NCBI RefSeq assembly: GCF_964194155.1
Contig: NC_135901.1
Span: 20,646,001 to 20,710,000, forward strand
Source: Cetorhinus maximus
Taxonomy: Eukaryota
Reading direction: 5' to 3'
Length of the DNA stretch: 64,000 nucleotides
Shown piece after piece: positions 53,459-64,000 of this stretch (position 1 is the stretch's first letter; each line of letters begins with the position of its first letter). The position numbers and the translations under genes were made by a program. The notes below the pieces were generated by a model, which was not told where the DNA came from, searched no databases, and was given only the letters and a program-made list of their open reading frames with translations.

Positions 53459-53722
53459 TAAGTGTGCGTGAGAGAGAGAGTGTGTGTGTCAGAGAGTGTG
53501 TGTGAGACAGGGAGAGAGAGAGAGTGTGTGTGTGTGCGTGTGTGGGAGAGAGGGCGACTGTGTGTGTGTGAGAGAGAGAGAGAGGGAGAGTGTTTGTATG
53601 GGTGTGAGTGAAAAGTAGTATAAGTGTGTGAGAAAGAGTGTGTGAGAGAGAGAACGTGTTTGTGTGGGGAGAGAAAGAGTGAGAGAGAGAGTGTGCCATG
53701 GTGTGTGTGAGAGGGAGAGGGA

Positions 53723-53754
<32 letters not shown>

Positions 53755-54690
53755 ATGAGAGAGAGTGCATGTGTGAGAGAAACAGAGTATGTATGTTTGA
53801 GGGGGAATGTGTTTGTGCTTCTGTGTGTGCGTGAGAGAGAGAGAATGAGGATGTGCGTGTATGTGTAAGAGAGAGTGTGTGATGTGTATGTATGTGTGTG
53901 TGCGAGGGGGGGAGAGAGAGAGAGGGAGAGTGTTTGTACGGATGTGAGTGATAGGTAGATTAAGACTGTGAGAGAGAGTGTGTGAGAGAGAGAACGTGTG
54001 TGTGTGGGAGAGAAAGAGTGTGAGAGAAAGAATGCGTGCGAGAGAGAGCCACGGTGTGTGTCAGAGGGAGAGAGAGTGTGTGTGTGTGAGAGAGAGAGAA
54101 TGAGAGAGAGTGCATGTGTGAGAGAAACAGATTGTGTATGTTTGAGAGGGAATGTGTTTGTGTTTCTGTGTGTGCGTGAGAGAGAGAATGAGGATGTGTG
54201 TGTGTGAGAAAGAGAGTGTGTGATGTGTCAGTATGTGTGTGAGAGAGAGAATGGAGAGTGTGTGCATGTGTGAGTGTGTATTTGTGTGGGAGAGAGGGTG
54301 CATGTATGTGAGAGAGAGTGGATGTGCGTGTGTGTGTGTGTGAGAGAGAGAGAGATTGTGTGTGTGAGAGTGCATGTGTGAGAAAGGGTGAGTGCATGTG
54401 TGTGAGAGAGGTACTGTGCACGTGTGTGTGACTGTGTGTAGGTGCGAATGTGTGTGTATGAGAGAATGTGAGTGTCTGTGTGAGTGTGAGTGAAAGAGAG
54501 AGGCAATGTGTGAGAGACAGAGTGTGTGCATGTTAAAGAGAGTTTGTGTGTGAAAGAGAGAGAAAGAGAGAGTATGTGTCTTTCAGAAATAGTGCATGTG
54601 AGAGAGAGTGTGCATGTGTGTGAGAGAAAGCGTATGTGACAGAGAGAGTGAACGAGTGACGGTGTGTGGTAAAGAGACTGAGTGTGTCGA
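53390..54690. repeat. (GT)n/(GA)n compound microsatellite with internal block duplication
   Basis: Dinucleotide runs; 53570-53890 repeated at ~53915-54235. Confidence 0.9.
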
Positions 54691-55449
54691 GGTAGATCAG
54701 CCATGTTCTTACTGAATGGAGGGCACGGTCGAAGGGCCGAATGTCCTCCTCATGCTCTCATTTCTGTCATTCATTCCACCCCCTGCAGGCGGCAATCCAA
54801 TGACTCCGTTTTTGATGGAGCGATAGCGGCTCCTTTTCCCTAAATCCCCCGCGGCTGGTTATTTGGAGCGGGAGCCTGGTCATTGTCCATTTAAGTCGTT
54901 TAAATAACTCGCAGCCTCTGAGCAGATCAGAACAGGCGCTGCTCTCTGGAGCCTCACTGTCACTCCCTGATTCTGTTTGTTCTGAAATTGTGCTCAAGTT
55001 CAGGTCACTCGCATTGAATGATTTTCTGATACTCAAAATGCTTAAACGTAATTAATTAATTAACATTTATACATGTTCTCTCCAGGAATATTGTTAAAAA
55101 CCATTAACGTGCGTCACTTCAACCGAGCAATGGAACAATTTTCACAGATCTGGTTCGAGGACTCACAGCCAGTTAGTTCGATGCTGATTCAGTTTGTTTG
55201 ACCTCTGCAGGGAGAAGACTCTCAGGTCAGGAACAGGCCAAGTTAAGATATGGATTAAAGCCCCCACTCCTCCCCCACAACACTCCTGTCATCAACTGCA
55301 AGGGTGGGGTTCAACAGGAAGCCAATTCTCCACTGAATTGTCAAACACTCCGGGTCAGGTACAGCACCGGTTTGATAGAAAATATAACTCCCTCTACATT
55401 GTCCTATCAAATATGCCCAGGGGAGGGTTCAAACCGCTTTTCATATAAA

Positions 55450-56055
55450 TGCTGTGGCTGCAAGAGCTGGTGAGAGGCTGGGAATTCTGTGGCGAGTAAT
55501 TCAACTCCTATCGCTCAAAGACAACTCCCCATCTACAAGGCACAAGTCAGGACTAGGATTGAATCGTTTCCACTTGCCTCAATGGTTGAAATTTCAAAAA
55601 AACCCAAGAAACTCGATACTATCCAGGACAAAGCAGCCTACAGAATTGGTACCCCATCCACTACCTTAAACATTCACTCCCTCCCCACCGACGCACAGTG
55701 ACAGCAGTGTGTGCCATATACAAAATGCACTGCAGCAACTCGCCAAGACTCTTTCGACAGCAACTTCAAAACCCCCCACGACCTCTCCTAACTAGAAGGA
55801 CAAGGGCAGCAGGTTCTTGGGAACATCGCCACCGGTATGTTCCCCTCCTATACACCCACCATCCTGACTTGGAACTATATCGCCGTTCCTTCACTGTCAA
55901 TGGGTCAAAATCCTGGAGCTCTCAACCTAACAGCACTGTGAGTGTACCTGCAGCTATTCAAGGAGGCGGCATTTCAACACTTCCACAAGGGGTAATTAGG
56001 GATGGGCAACAAATGCTGGCTTTGCCAGCGACCCCAACATCCTATGATAGGATTA
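55450..56055 (+). mobile_element. LINE (L2/CR1-clade) 3' fragment
   Basis: IYKAQVR...LDTIQDKAA...YKMHCSNSPRL; tail agggatgggcaacaaatgctggc shared with 46490-46670. Confidence 0.7.
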
Positions 56056-59000
56056 AAAATAAGATACAGACTAATTTCTTCCTCCTAACTGTCTCATTAA
56101 ATAGGTCAAGGACTGCTACAGCACGGATTAAAATAGAATTAAACTCTCTCTGCATTGCCTAACCGAACACTCCCAAGACAGATACATCACTGGTTTAAAA
56201 TCGACCAAATCTCCAGTCTGACTGTCGTTTCTGAATTGTCCTTTCTGACTGTCACAATGGGTTGGGTATCTCATTTCCGAGGCACCTGGTCAGTCAAACT
56301 TTCATATTTCTCACAGATACAAGTTTTTTGAAGAAATAAATCAAATTGCACTTCCTGAAATACAGGAGAGCGAACCAGAAGGTTTACAACCAGTCAGGAA
56401 GATTCCTGGTCCCAGCACAGTGACCACGCGCACAGAAACAGAACAGACACAAATGGTGCAACAAGCGAGTTCCCAGCAGATAGATCTGTTCAATCTGTGC
56501 ATTTCAGTCAAGCTGTTTGATTCTAATTAATCAATGTTCAATTTACTACAATTATTCTATAACTTCTTTGAAATTAATCTGATTTTCATTTCAAAACTCC
56601 CTTTGAAGTCCATCTAATTCTCCCTGTCTGTCTGAAACCTCCAAACAGTGAATGAAATGAGCACATCAAATATTACAGATTCAGGGTAATTTGGTGTCCG
56701 TAACAGAGACTCAGTGACCGGGTAAGAATTAAACAAATCAGGAAACACTCACATTGAAAACCTATCAACCGCTGATTTGATTTGATTTTAGGTATAAATA
56801 GAACCAATAAAATCATCGAAGCGAAACATCTGATCGAGCTGAGCTGAGTAAGAAAAGTATTCTTTTCTAAATTCATTTTGGATACAATTAAAAATTCTCT
56901 CCACTCTTTGAGATTCGCATTCATTATATACTTGATTGTTGGAGATCATTTATGTTGAACTAATATTTTATTGTAAGTTAATTATCTTGTCATTTTCTTG
57001 TTAGCTGATTTCTACACTATAATATTAAAATTAAAATGGTTTTCAATAATTGAAAACTTATTTCTCCCTGGGGCGTGGTGAAATAATTGGGGTTTATTTA
57101 AATCAACTGACACTGAAACAATGTTAAACAATAAACTTCAAATTACTAGATGGTAACATGCAGGCAAGTATATCAATTTTACTTAAATCTAATCACTATT
57201 TACTATTACCTCTACTGCTATATTTTCATGTACAAAATTGTAAACTATGCGCGTTTCTGAACGCATTGAGAAATCATAAATTCCATCTATTCTCATCGAG
57301 CAATTCATATGTCGAATTTATGAGTGGAATATTTTAATTTTTTTTCAAATCTGGCCGGGGTCACATCGCATTAACTGTCGATGAGCTGTAACGTCATCTG
57401 TTTGCTAAAGCAAACTTGTCTTAACTCAAATCTATATGTAAAAAATGTTCCTGACAGTTACTTATTATCAATAAAAGTGCTTCCTAAATCATAATCCCTA
57501 TAATTTAATTGTTAAATATACTGTCCATTGAAAGAAGAACCAAATTGATCAATATGAAACTTGATGAGAACAATTCATTGAGATCGTCTGTGCCACTGGA
57601 ATATAATCAGAAAATTGATTCCAGATTTTGTTCTTCAATTTAATATTTAATAAGAATTAAGCATGAACCTCAGATATAATCTATTCTTCTCCTCTAATTC
57701 TATCCTGTGTGCAGCACGGCTATGGGAGACAGGATGTTGTTATTAAACTCAAAACGAATATTAATGTTTGCAATTAAATTAATCTGTTCGAATTTCAATT
57801 CTTGCTTGTCCATTTCTATTCATATTCAGTCTGCACCTTCCTACAGTTCAAAAAAATGTGAGAACAATTCCTTTACTGCCAGCGAATTCCACCCCCCCCC
57901 AGAAAACAGTTTAAGATTAGATCAGTGATAATTATCTCGCTATCCAAATCCCAATGACATTGAAGGAATAATATTGTTACGGCTGCACAGGAAAAATGTA
58001 ATAACCGGACAGACAAACTGCAATGTCAAACTCCTCTTTAAATCAATGCAAAGGTTATCAGGGATATAAAAAAAAAATTGAAAATCTCTTGTGAAACTGA
58101 ACAATTCTGTAGAATCAGTATATTCTTATTGAAATTTTTCATGCATAATCACAAAATGTTTCCAGCCTAATAACGTTCTCGTTCATGTTAATTGTGTGCA
58201 ATGCACAGCAGAATTGTGAAAGGCGATTAATGATCAATTAGGTTAATATGAAATCTGTTCAGTCAATATGGAGAAATATTACCACTTCATAATTGTTTGA
58301 ATTATATTAATTTTACTCTAAAATTTGAAAACTTGTTAATTATGTAGTTTCTGATTGCAGGAACGAATTATATTCTGAATGAGCGTCATGATCCATGGTT
58401 TAGTTTAATCTGCAATTATCACTTAAAAGAAAAACAAAAAGTTCTAACGCATCTTTAAACGCTTTTCCCCCATTCCTGAAACCGTTCTGTTTTCTACCTA
58501 CAATCGTTCTTCAAGCAGATACAAATGCGTAGACTGTTTCCATTCAATTACAAAACATGTAACCTCTCAATACCACCGAGTTTAAACAATGCAGAAACAA
58601 TGCAGAACCGCCAAACCATATCACAAATTCTACTTGTTCAAAGTCACCCAGACACACAATCTCCTCAGGAGAAAAACACCAAAATCACATCACTGAGGGG
58701 CTGAAATCCGTTTCATGGAGAAGCAACTCAATTCTACAAACACTTCCCACAGAATCCAATGTAACATTGCAAGAAAATCTCAATATCGAATCCAGACAAT
58801 CCGCTCGTCACCAAATGAATGAATAATTAAACTAAACAGAAATATGGAATAATGTCAACAGCATTGTGAGTAGGCGGAACATGTTCAATAAATTAACATT
58901 GAAACTTAAGCACATTTTGTTCATATTGGGCTTGATTTCAGACCTATTTAAACCCTTGTGCAGTAGACGGTGAAACCCGCAGCCATTAGATGTCACCGAG

Positions 59001-59318
59001 ATTAAACATTGCAGAAACGTCAAACTGTTTTAACAAACGTTCGATATTTCAAGTAACTCGGCCACACAGCATCCTCAGCAGATAAACACCAAATTACAAC
59101 AGCCAGGGACTGAATCCCTCAGCAGTACGTTTTATCAAGACACAGAGCAATTAAATAACTCAATTTCAGCAGAATCACATGAAACATCGTAAAAAAAAAA
59201 TCTTTATACAGAATCCACCAAACCCACGTTTCCGTGAACGAATAAATTATTAAAATAGACAAAAATGTAAAGCAAAGACTCAAATAAAACAATTACCAAA
59301 TCAGTGCATGGCTCTTAC

Positions 59319-59366
59319 CTGCAGTCACCGTCACCATGGTCCCTTGTCCCCAGTAGCCCTCAGCGT
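59319..59366 (-). CDS. IGHJ: IgH J segment
   Basis: AEGYWGQGTMVTVTA followed by donor gtaag. Confidence 0.95.
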
Positions 59367-59405
59367 CACAGTGTTACACTCCCTGGGCTGTGCCATACAA
59401 TAACT
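59367..59405 (-). other. JH 23-RSS
   Basis: CACAGTG 59367-59373, 23-nt spacer, ACAATAACT 59397-59405. Confidence 0.9.
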
Positions 59406-59734
59406 GTCCCTGCACGAAAAAGACAAAAATCCAACATTATTTTAAATATTCCTCAGTCAGTGGCAAAGTAAGGTCACGATGAATCTTCACGAAATTATGT
59501 TTGTGTTTGTAGATATATTTAGCTATTCATCAATGACCCTCATGTTTTATCATTCACAGAGTAACACATGAAGATGTTATTGAAATCACCAACTGATGAC
59601 TGAATAATTATCACAGCTTTTCCATCTTAAACCATGATTTTTGGGCAGTGTTGGACAAAAATAATACTTCACTGTAAATATAACAGGATTGTATAAGCGA
59701 GCACTGGCCCAGGCAGACTGAATTGGTGCTGAGG

Positions 59735-59803
59735 AGTTTTTGCATTGACAGCAACTGCTGTGCCACCTAGTGTATCACAGTGAGACACACCATGTCAAAT
59801 ACT
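59735..59803 (-). other. IGHD: D2 segment (59763-59775, ATACACTAGGTGG) flanked by 12/12 RSS
   Basis: V-side CACAGTG-12-TCAAATACT; J-side CACAGCA-12-GCAAAAACT. Confidence 0.9.
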
Positions 59804-60106
59804 GCGGCAGGCTGTTCACTGTAAATACAGAGATTTAACTTCACTGCGCTTTCCAAAAACCTGATTCCGAATCGCCTAGGATTGAATCAGTGAGATATTT
59901 CAGCCTGTGCCGGTCAATATATTTATAAATATGATTGGAATTCTTTTAAAGCGTCTGTGCAGTTTTAGCGTGTCCGTCAACTCTAATAAAGCTGAAGACT
60001 CTTATACCTTTTTGCAAACCTCTGCCCATTATTTTATTTAACTCTCATTTTCTTTGACGTTCCTGCTGTGTTAGTGATCACCAATTTAAATAAACTCATT
60101 CTCCAA

Positions 60107-60189
60107 GGTTTTTGTATGAGGATGTCGCTGTGCACAGCACTGTGACCCGCTGCTGTAATATCACAGTGAAATACACCCGCACAAGAACT
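60107..60189 (-). other. IGHD: D1 segment (60145-60161, ATATTACAGCAGCGGGT) flanked by 12/22 RSS
   Basis: V-side CACAGTG-12-ACAAGAACT; J-side CACAGTG-22-ACAAAAACC; the classic shark D1 arrangement. Confidence 0.93.
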
Positions 60190-60559
60190 GCACCCACTTT
60201 CTGTTCAGTGCTGCCTCTCAATATTCACTTCAAATAGACGTTAACTTCTGATCTAGTTTAGAATTCATGCAGCAATTTACAAAACTCAATGAACAGAGAC
60301 CCTCCTCCAAGTATCAGCCATATTAAAATGAACATGATATCCAGGCCTGTAATTGTGGAAACTGTTAACAGTAAATATAAACACAGCAAAAGCTCAGCCC
60401 ATTATATCAATTGGTTTGTTAGGTTTTAATTTTAAATTTGCTGTTTTACTTTTGTCAGAAGCGGCTTGTTGTCTGGTTCTGACCATTACAGTTAATATTA
60501 CATTTAAAACAAGTACTGACCGTCAGGTTATGATGGAAGTTGTTGAGTTTCTCTCGATC

Positions 60560-60598
60560 TGTCCTTGTTCAGGTCCAGCCCTGGTTCCTCTCGCTGTG
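60560..60598 (-). other. VH 23-RSS
   Basis: CACAGCG 60598-60592, 23-nt spacer, ACAAGGACA 60568-60560. Confidence 0.88.
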
Positions 60599-60900
60599 AC
60601 GCTCTTACACAGTAATAGATGGCGGTGTCTTCAGTCTTCAGGTTCGTCATGTCAAGGAGATGTTCCTTGAAGTGTCTTTGGACGCAGTAAATCGGTTCTT
60701 AATTGCTGGGCCATAGCCGTTGTCCGATGAACTATAGTAATAAAGCAACCACTCCAGCCCCTGTCCGGGAACCTGTCGGACCCAGAACAAGTGGTAGCTG
60801 CCAAGATCGAAGCCGTTGGTTTTACAGGTCAGTCTCAGGGAGCCTCCGGGACGCCCGGTCTCTGCCTCTGGCTGAGTCAACACAACCTCCGACTGGACAC
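60599..60900 (-). pseudogene. IGHV: IgH V exon with FR3 frameshift
   Basis: tacag/ [25 protein letters not shown]...[12 protein letters not shown]...[15 protein letters not shown] (TGA 60647-60649); [16 protein letters not shown] continues in another frame. Confidence 0.95.
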
Positions 60901-61026
60901 CTGTAAAAATATATCAAAAACCCCGAGCGTTAATCCTGGTGAAATGATTCCTGACTCTAACATTCCAGAGAGAGACTGACACTGAGACAGTAACAGTGAG
61001 AGGCTTGGACAATAAAAACTACTCAC

Positions 61027-61075
61027 GGGATAAGAAAGTCAGCAACAAACTGAGACAAATCGCCGACCTCATCAT
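61027..61075 (-). CDS. IGHV: IgH leader exon
   Basis: MMRSAICLSLLLTFLS + C/gtgagt, phase 1 matching the V acceptor. Confidence 0.92.
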
Positions 61076-61159
61076 TCTGGTCATTTGGGGAAAACTGTTC
61101 TGTCCAGGACTCGGTGAACAAACCAACTCCCGGACTGTTGGATTCCGGTCCCAGTGAGC

Positions 61160-61240
61160 TGCATTTAAATACCAGGCAGAAGGGGGCGGGTTTCCAGGCG
61201 TCACCTGTTGATTCCCTGGTGGAGGCGGCGATTGGATCCA
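61160..61240 (-). promoter_or_regulatory. VH promoter: TATA-like, GC box, E-box/half-CRE, CCAAT; no octamer seen
   Basis: TATTTAAAT 61163-61171; gggggcggg ~61182; CAGGTGACG ~61199-61207; CCAAT ~61231-61235. Confidence 0.65.
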
Positions 61241-64000
61241 CGCCCCACCTTCCACATCCCCAACAGAATGGACTCAGATATTTACAATAGGTTATTGTTA
61301 AAAGTGGACATTTTATCCGTATCGGGATATTCGGCTGAATGGATTCATTGTAATGTATCCATTGGTTCTAATGGTGAAATTTCAGTTGAAGATCTGTCCA
61401 TAAAAATAACTAATTCAATTGTAAATTAAGTCCATTAATTTCTACACTACTTCACAAGGGGTTGAATCTAAAAAGATTTCATCACATTATCAGGGAATAA
61501 AGGGACTGTCAGTCTGTTTTGCAGCAACTCTGGGTCTCTATCGCATTACAGCAATAAATTATCATCAGTCATAGGAATTATTATTGATTTATGTAACTAA
61601 ATGCGGGGGATGAACAATGTGATTCTATTTACAGTGTGGGTGGCTATCGCTGTAAAATTTGGGTCCAGAGATAAGAAGAAATTCCTCACATTATACAATG
61701 TCCCTTCTTGCATTTCTCGAGCTGCCCCGACCCCAAGACAGCCCTGTGAAAATTAGCGGTAAAAGAAGCCCGCCTGTCTGATAATTAAACAGTGAATTTA
61801 CAGAGAAACGTAAATTTACATCAACTTTTGACCGAGAAGTTAATGAATCAGAACGGACACGGAGATCAGCAAAGTTGTCCTTCAGCATCCAAATCATTGC
61901 AGCTAATTTGATTGGTCACCGGCTGTCTACCATTCATTGGTATTGGGAACACAGGATATCAGGACTTTGCGGCATATTACACAATATCAACAAGAATAAA
62001 TGGTTTATCTTCCACTGAAGCGGGTCATGAACTGTTAATTTCTCCACTCATTGGGAGCTATGAGAGGGGCTGTTAAATAATCGAAATCAGCACAAATTAA
62101 ACTGTACAGTGCACGGTGTTAATCAGGAATAAGAGACCCCTCAGGTTAAATGAGGTGCACAACTTTGAGAATATTCAAGGAATTGCTGCGGGTTTAAGGC
62201 AATTCAGCAATTAAAAAAAAAAAATTTCTTTTTAATTTTTGCCATTCCACTTATCTCATTAAACTGGGGACTTGGGACAATCAACTTCGCTCTCTCGCAC
62301 TTCATGAAGTTCCTCATAAACAGGCTTTAATAACTGGAAGGACTTTTGCTTGGAAATAATATAAATTAAATAGTATATGGTCAATTTAATATTTTTTGAT
62401 CGTGTTTAATCTCATAGTGAACACAGCATTCATTAAAACATTTCCTTGGATGAAATACCATTTCAAATGTTTCTTTTGTGTGCGACTGAAAGCAATATTG
62501 TTTGAATGGCTCAATCCCATTTTGTTCATTCATATCCAGGCTAATCTGCCCCACACAGCATTTGGCAGCAAGCCAGCCAGCTGCAGTCAGGGAAGCTCGA
62601 ATGTCCAATGTTATTTACAGGAAGCATCTGGGGGTTTGTGCAGTTAATCAAAGATCTGTTTCTTCAGTACTGACTCTTGGCTGCAAACCAACTTCAAACC
62701 CTTAACATTGTCAACAAGGCCTATTTATAAACAAATCTACCCAGCAACAACACTGGAGTCAGTTTAATTTTTTAAAATTATGAACCTTTGTGAACTGTTT
62801 CAATCTCCCAGGAAAGAAACCTTTTCCAGCTTCCCTGACACCCTGTTAGCATCAATAGCTCATTGGAGGATCTCTCCATAATATTGTGATGGATGGATGG
62901 ATAGAAAGAATTACAGACAGACTATCAGAGAGGTAGCAGAGATAGGACACATTTTGTAATAGACAAACATATGTGTTTGTGTGATTTGTTTTTTCCCCTT
63001 ACTCTTTCACGGGATGTGAGAGTCACTGGAAAGGCCATCATTTGCTGCCTGCCCCTAATTGCCCTTGAACTGAGTGCCTGGCTAGGCCATTTCAGAGTGC
63101 AGTTAGAGCCCACCATAGTGCTGTGAATCTGGAGTCTCTTGTAGGCCAGACTAGGTACAGTGGCAGATTTCCTTTCCTAAAGGGCAAGAGTGAACCAGAT
63201 GAGTTTTTTCCACAATCGGTGATAGTTTCACGGTTCCCGTCACTGGGACCAGTTTTCAATCCCAGACTTCCAGTTGAATTTAAATTCCACTTGCTGCCAT
63301 TGTGGGATTTGAATTCGAGCCCCCAGGAGAATAGCTTGGGTCTCTAGATTACTAATCCAGTGACATTAACACAACATCGTCTGCCAAGGAAAAGAGGGAT
63401 CACTGCAGTGATGCAGAAATGAATGATAGTTGAATGCCTGAATATTTTGATTACGTAATCAGTGAATGGATTGATCGATGTATCGATTTTGTTCTCCATT
63501 CTCATCTTTGCGCTTGACTACTTCATTCCTTGAAGCAGGTCCTGTATTTCATTTGTGTCAGGCTGGGGGACAGATCTTCAGTCCTACCAGATTTTCCGGA
63601 TGAATTCCATCACCAGGCTATCCGGAACTAACGAGCTGAACGTCACCTCTGGAGATGATCCTGCGGTCCTGCTGATGGTGAATCATCATCTATAAGACAG
63701 AAAGCAGGTACATAATTCGGTTTAGGGTGGAGCGTTGTAATATTTGGTACATGTGGTCCTTTCATGTGCAACATACCCTCAGCAAAATTAGTGAAGGTAA
63801 CAGATTAAACATTATTACTGTGGAAACATAGTGTGAAACTCACTGGAGAGCCGCAAATGTTTCATTACCTTCCAAACGAGGGAAATAACAAATCTGGATT
63901 TAAATATATATTAACTTAACGTCAGGTCCAGGTAGTATTATTTATACCATCACTTTACAAAGCTTCACACACTCCAGTTATATATGAGGAGTTTCTGTGT

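Noticed and set aside
53103-54704. Multiple HT/SL-repeat ORFs
   Set aside because: (GT)/(GA) microsatellite
59319-60900. Germline-joined VDJ, or IgW/IgNAR identity
   Set aside because: V, D1, D2 and J are separate with RSSs; four C exons and the tailpiece match shark Cmu

Overview
Eukaryotic genomic DNA from a cartilaginous fish (shark-type CR1 LINEs and SINEs, cluster-type immunoglobulin locus); the species cannot be determined from sequence alone. Three zones. (1) About 1-27.5 kb: a tandem, partly head-to-head cluster of C2H2 zinc-finger genes with no recognisable KRAB/SCAN domain. One is intact (11 fingers) and the rest are decaying. They carry paralogous CpG-rich promoters, CR1 LINEs, a Gypsy LTR remnant with a tRNA-Leu PBS, and a probable decayed env-PPT-LTR remnant duplicated with the ZNF unit. 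(2) About 29-38 kb: diverged local duplications with a field of degenerate tRNA genes (Val, Glu, Ser, Leu, Asn). (3) About 42.3-61.3 kb, minus strand: one complete germline IgM heavy-chain cluster (promoter-Leader-VH-D1-D2-JH-Cmu1-4/secretory tail-TM1-TM2). Its RSSs and splice sites are recognisable and correctly spaced, but VH FR3 has a frameshift and Cmu3 has a nonsense codon, so it looks like a recently inactivated cluster that may still recombine. All calls come from manual reading; no database searches were run.
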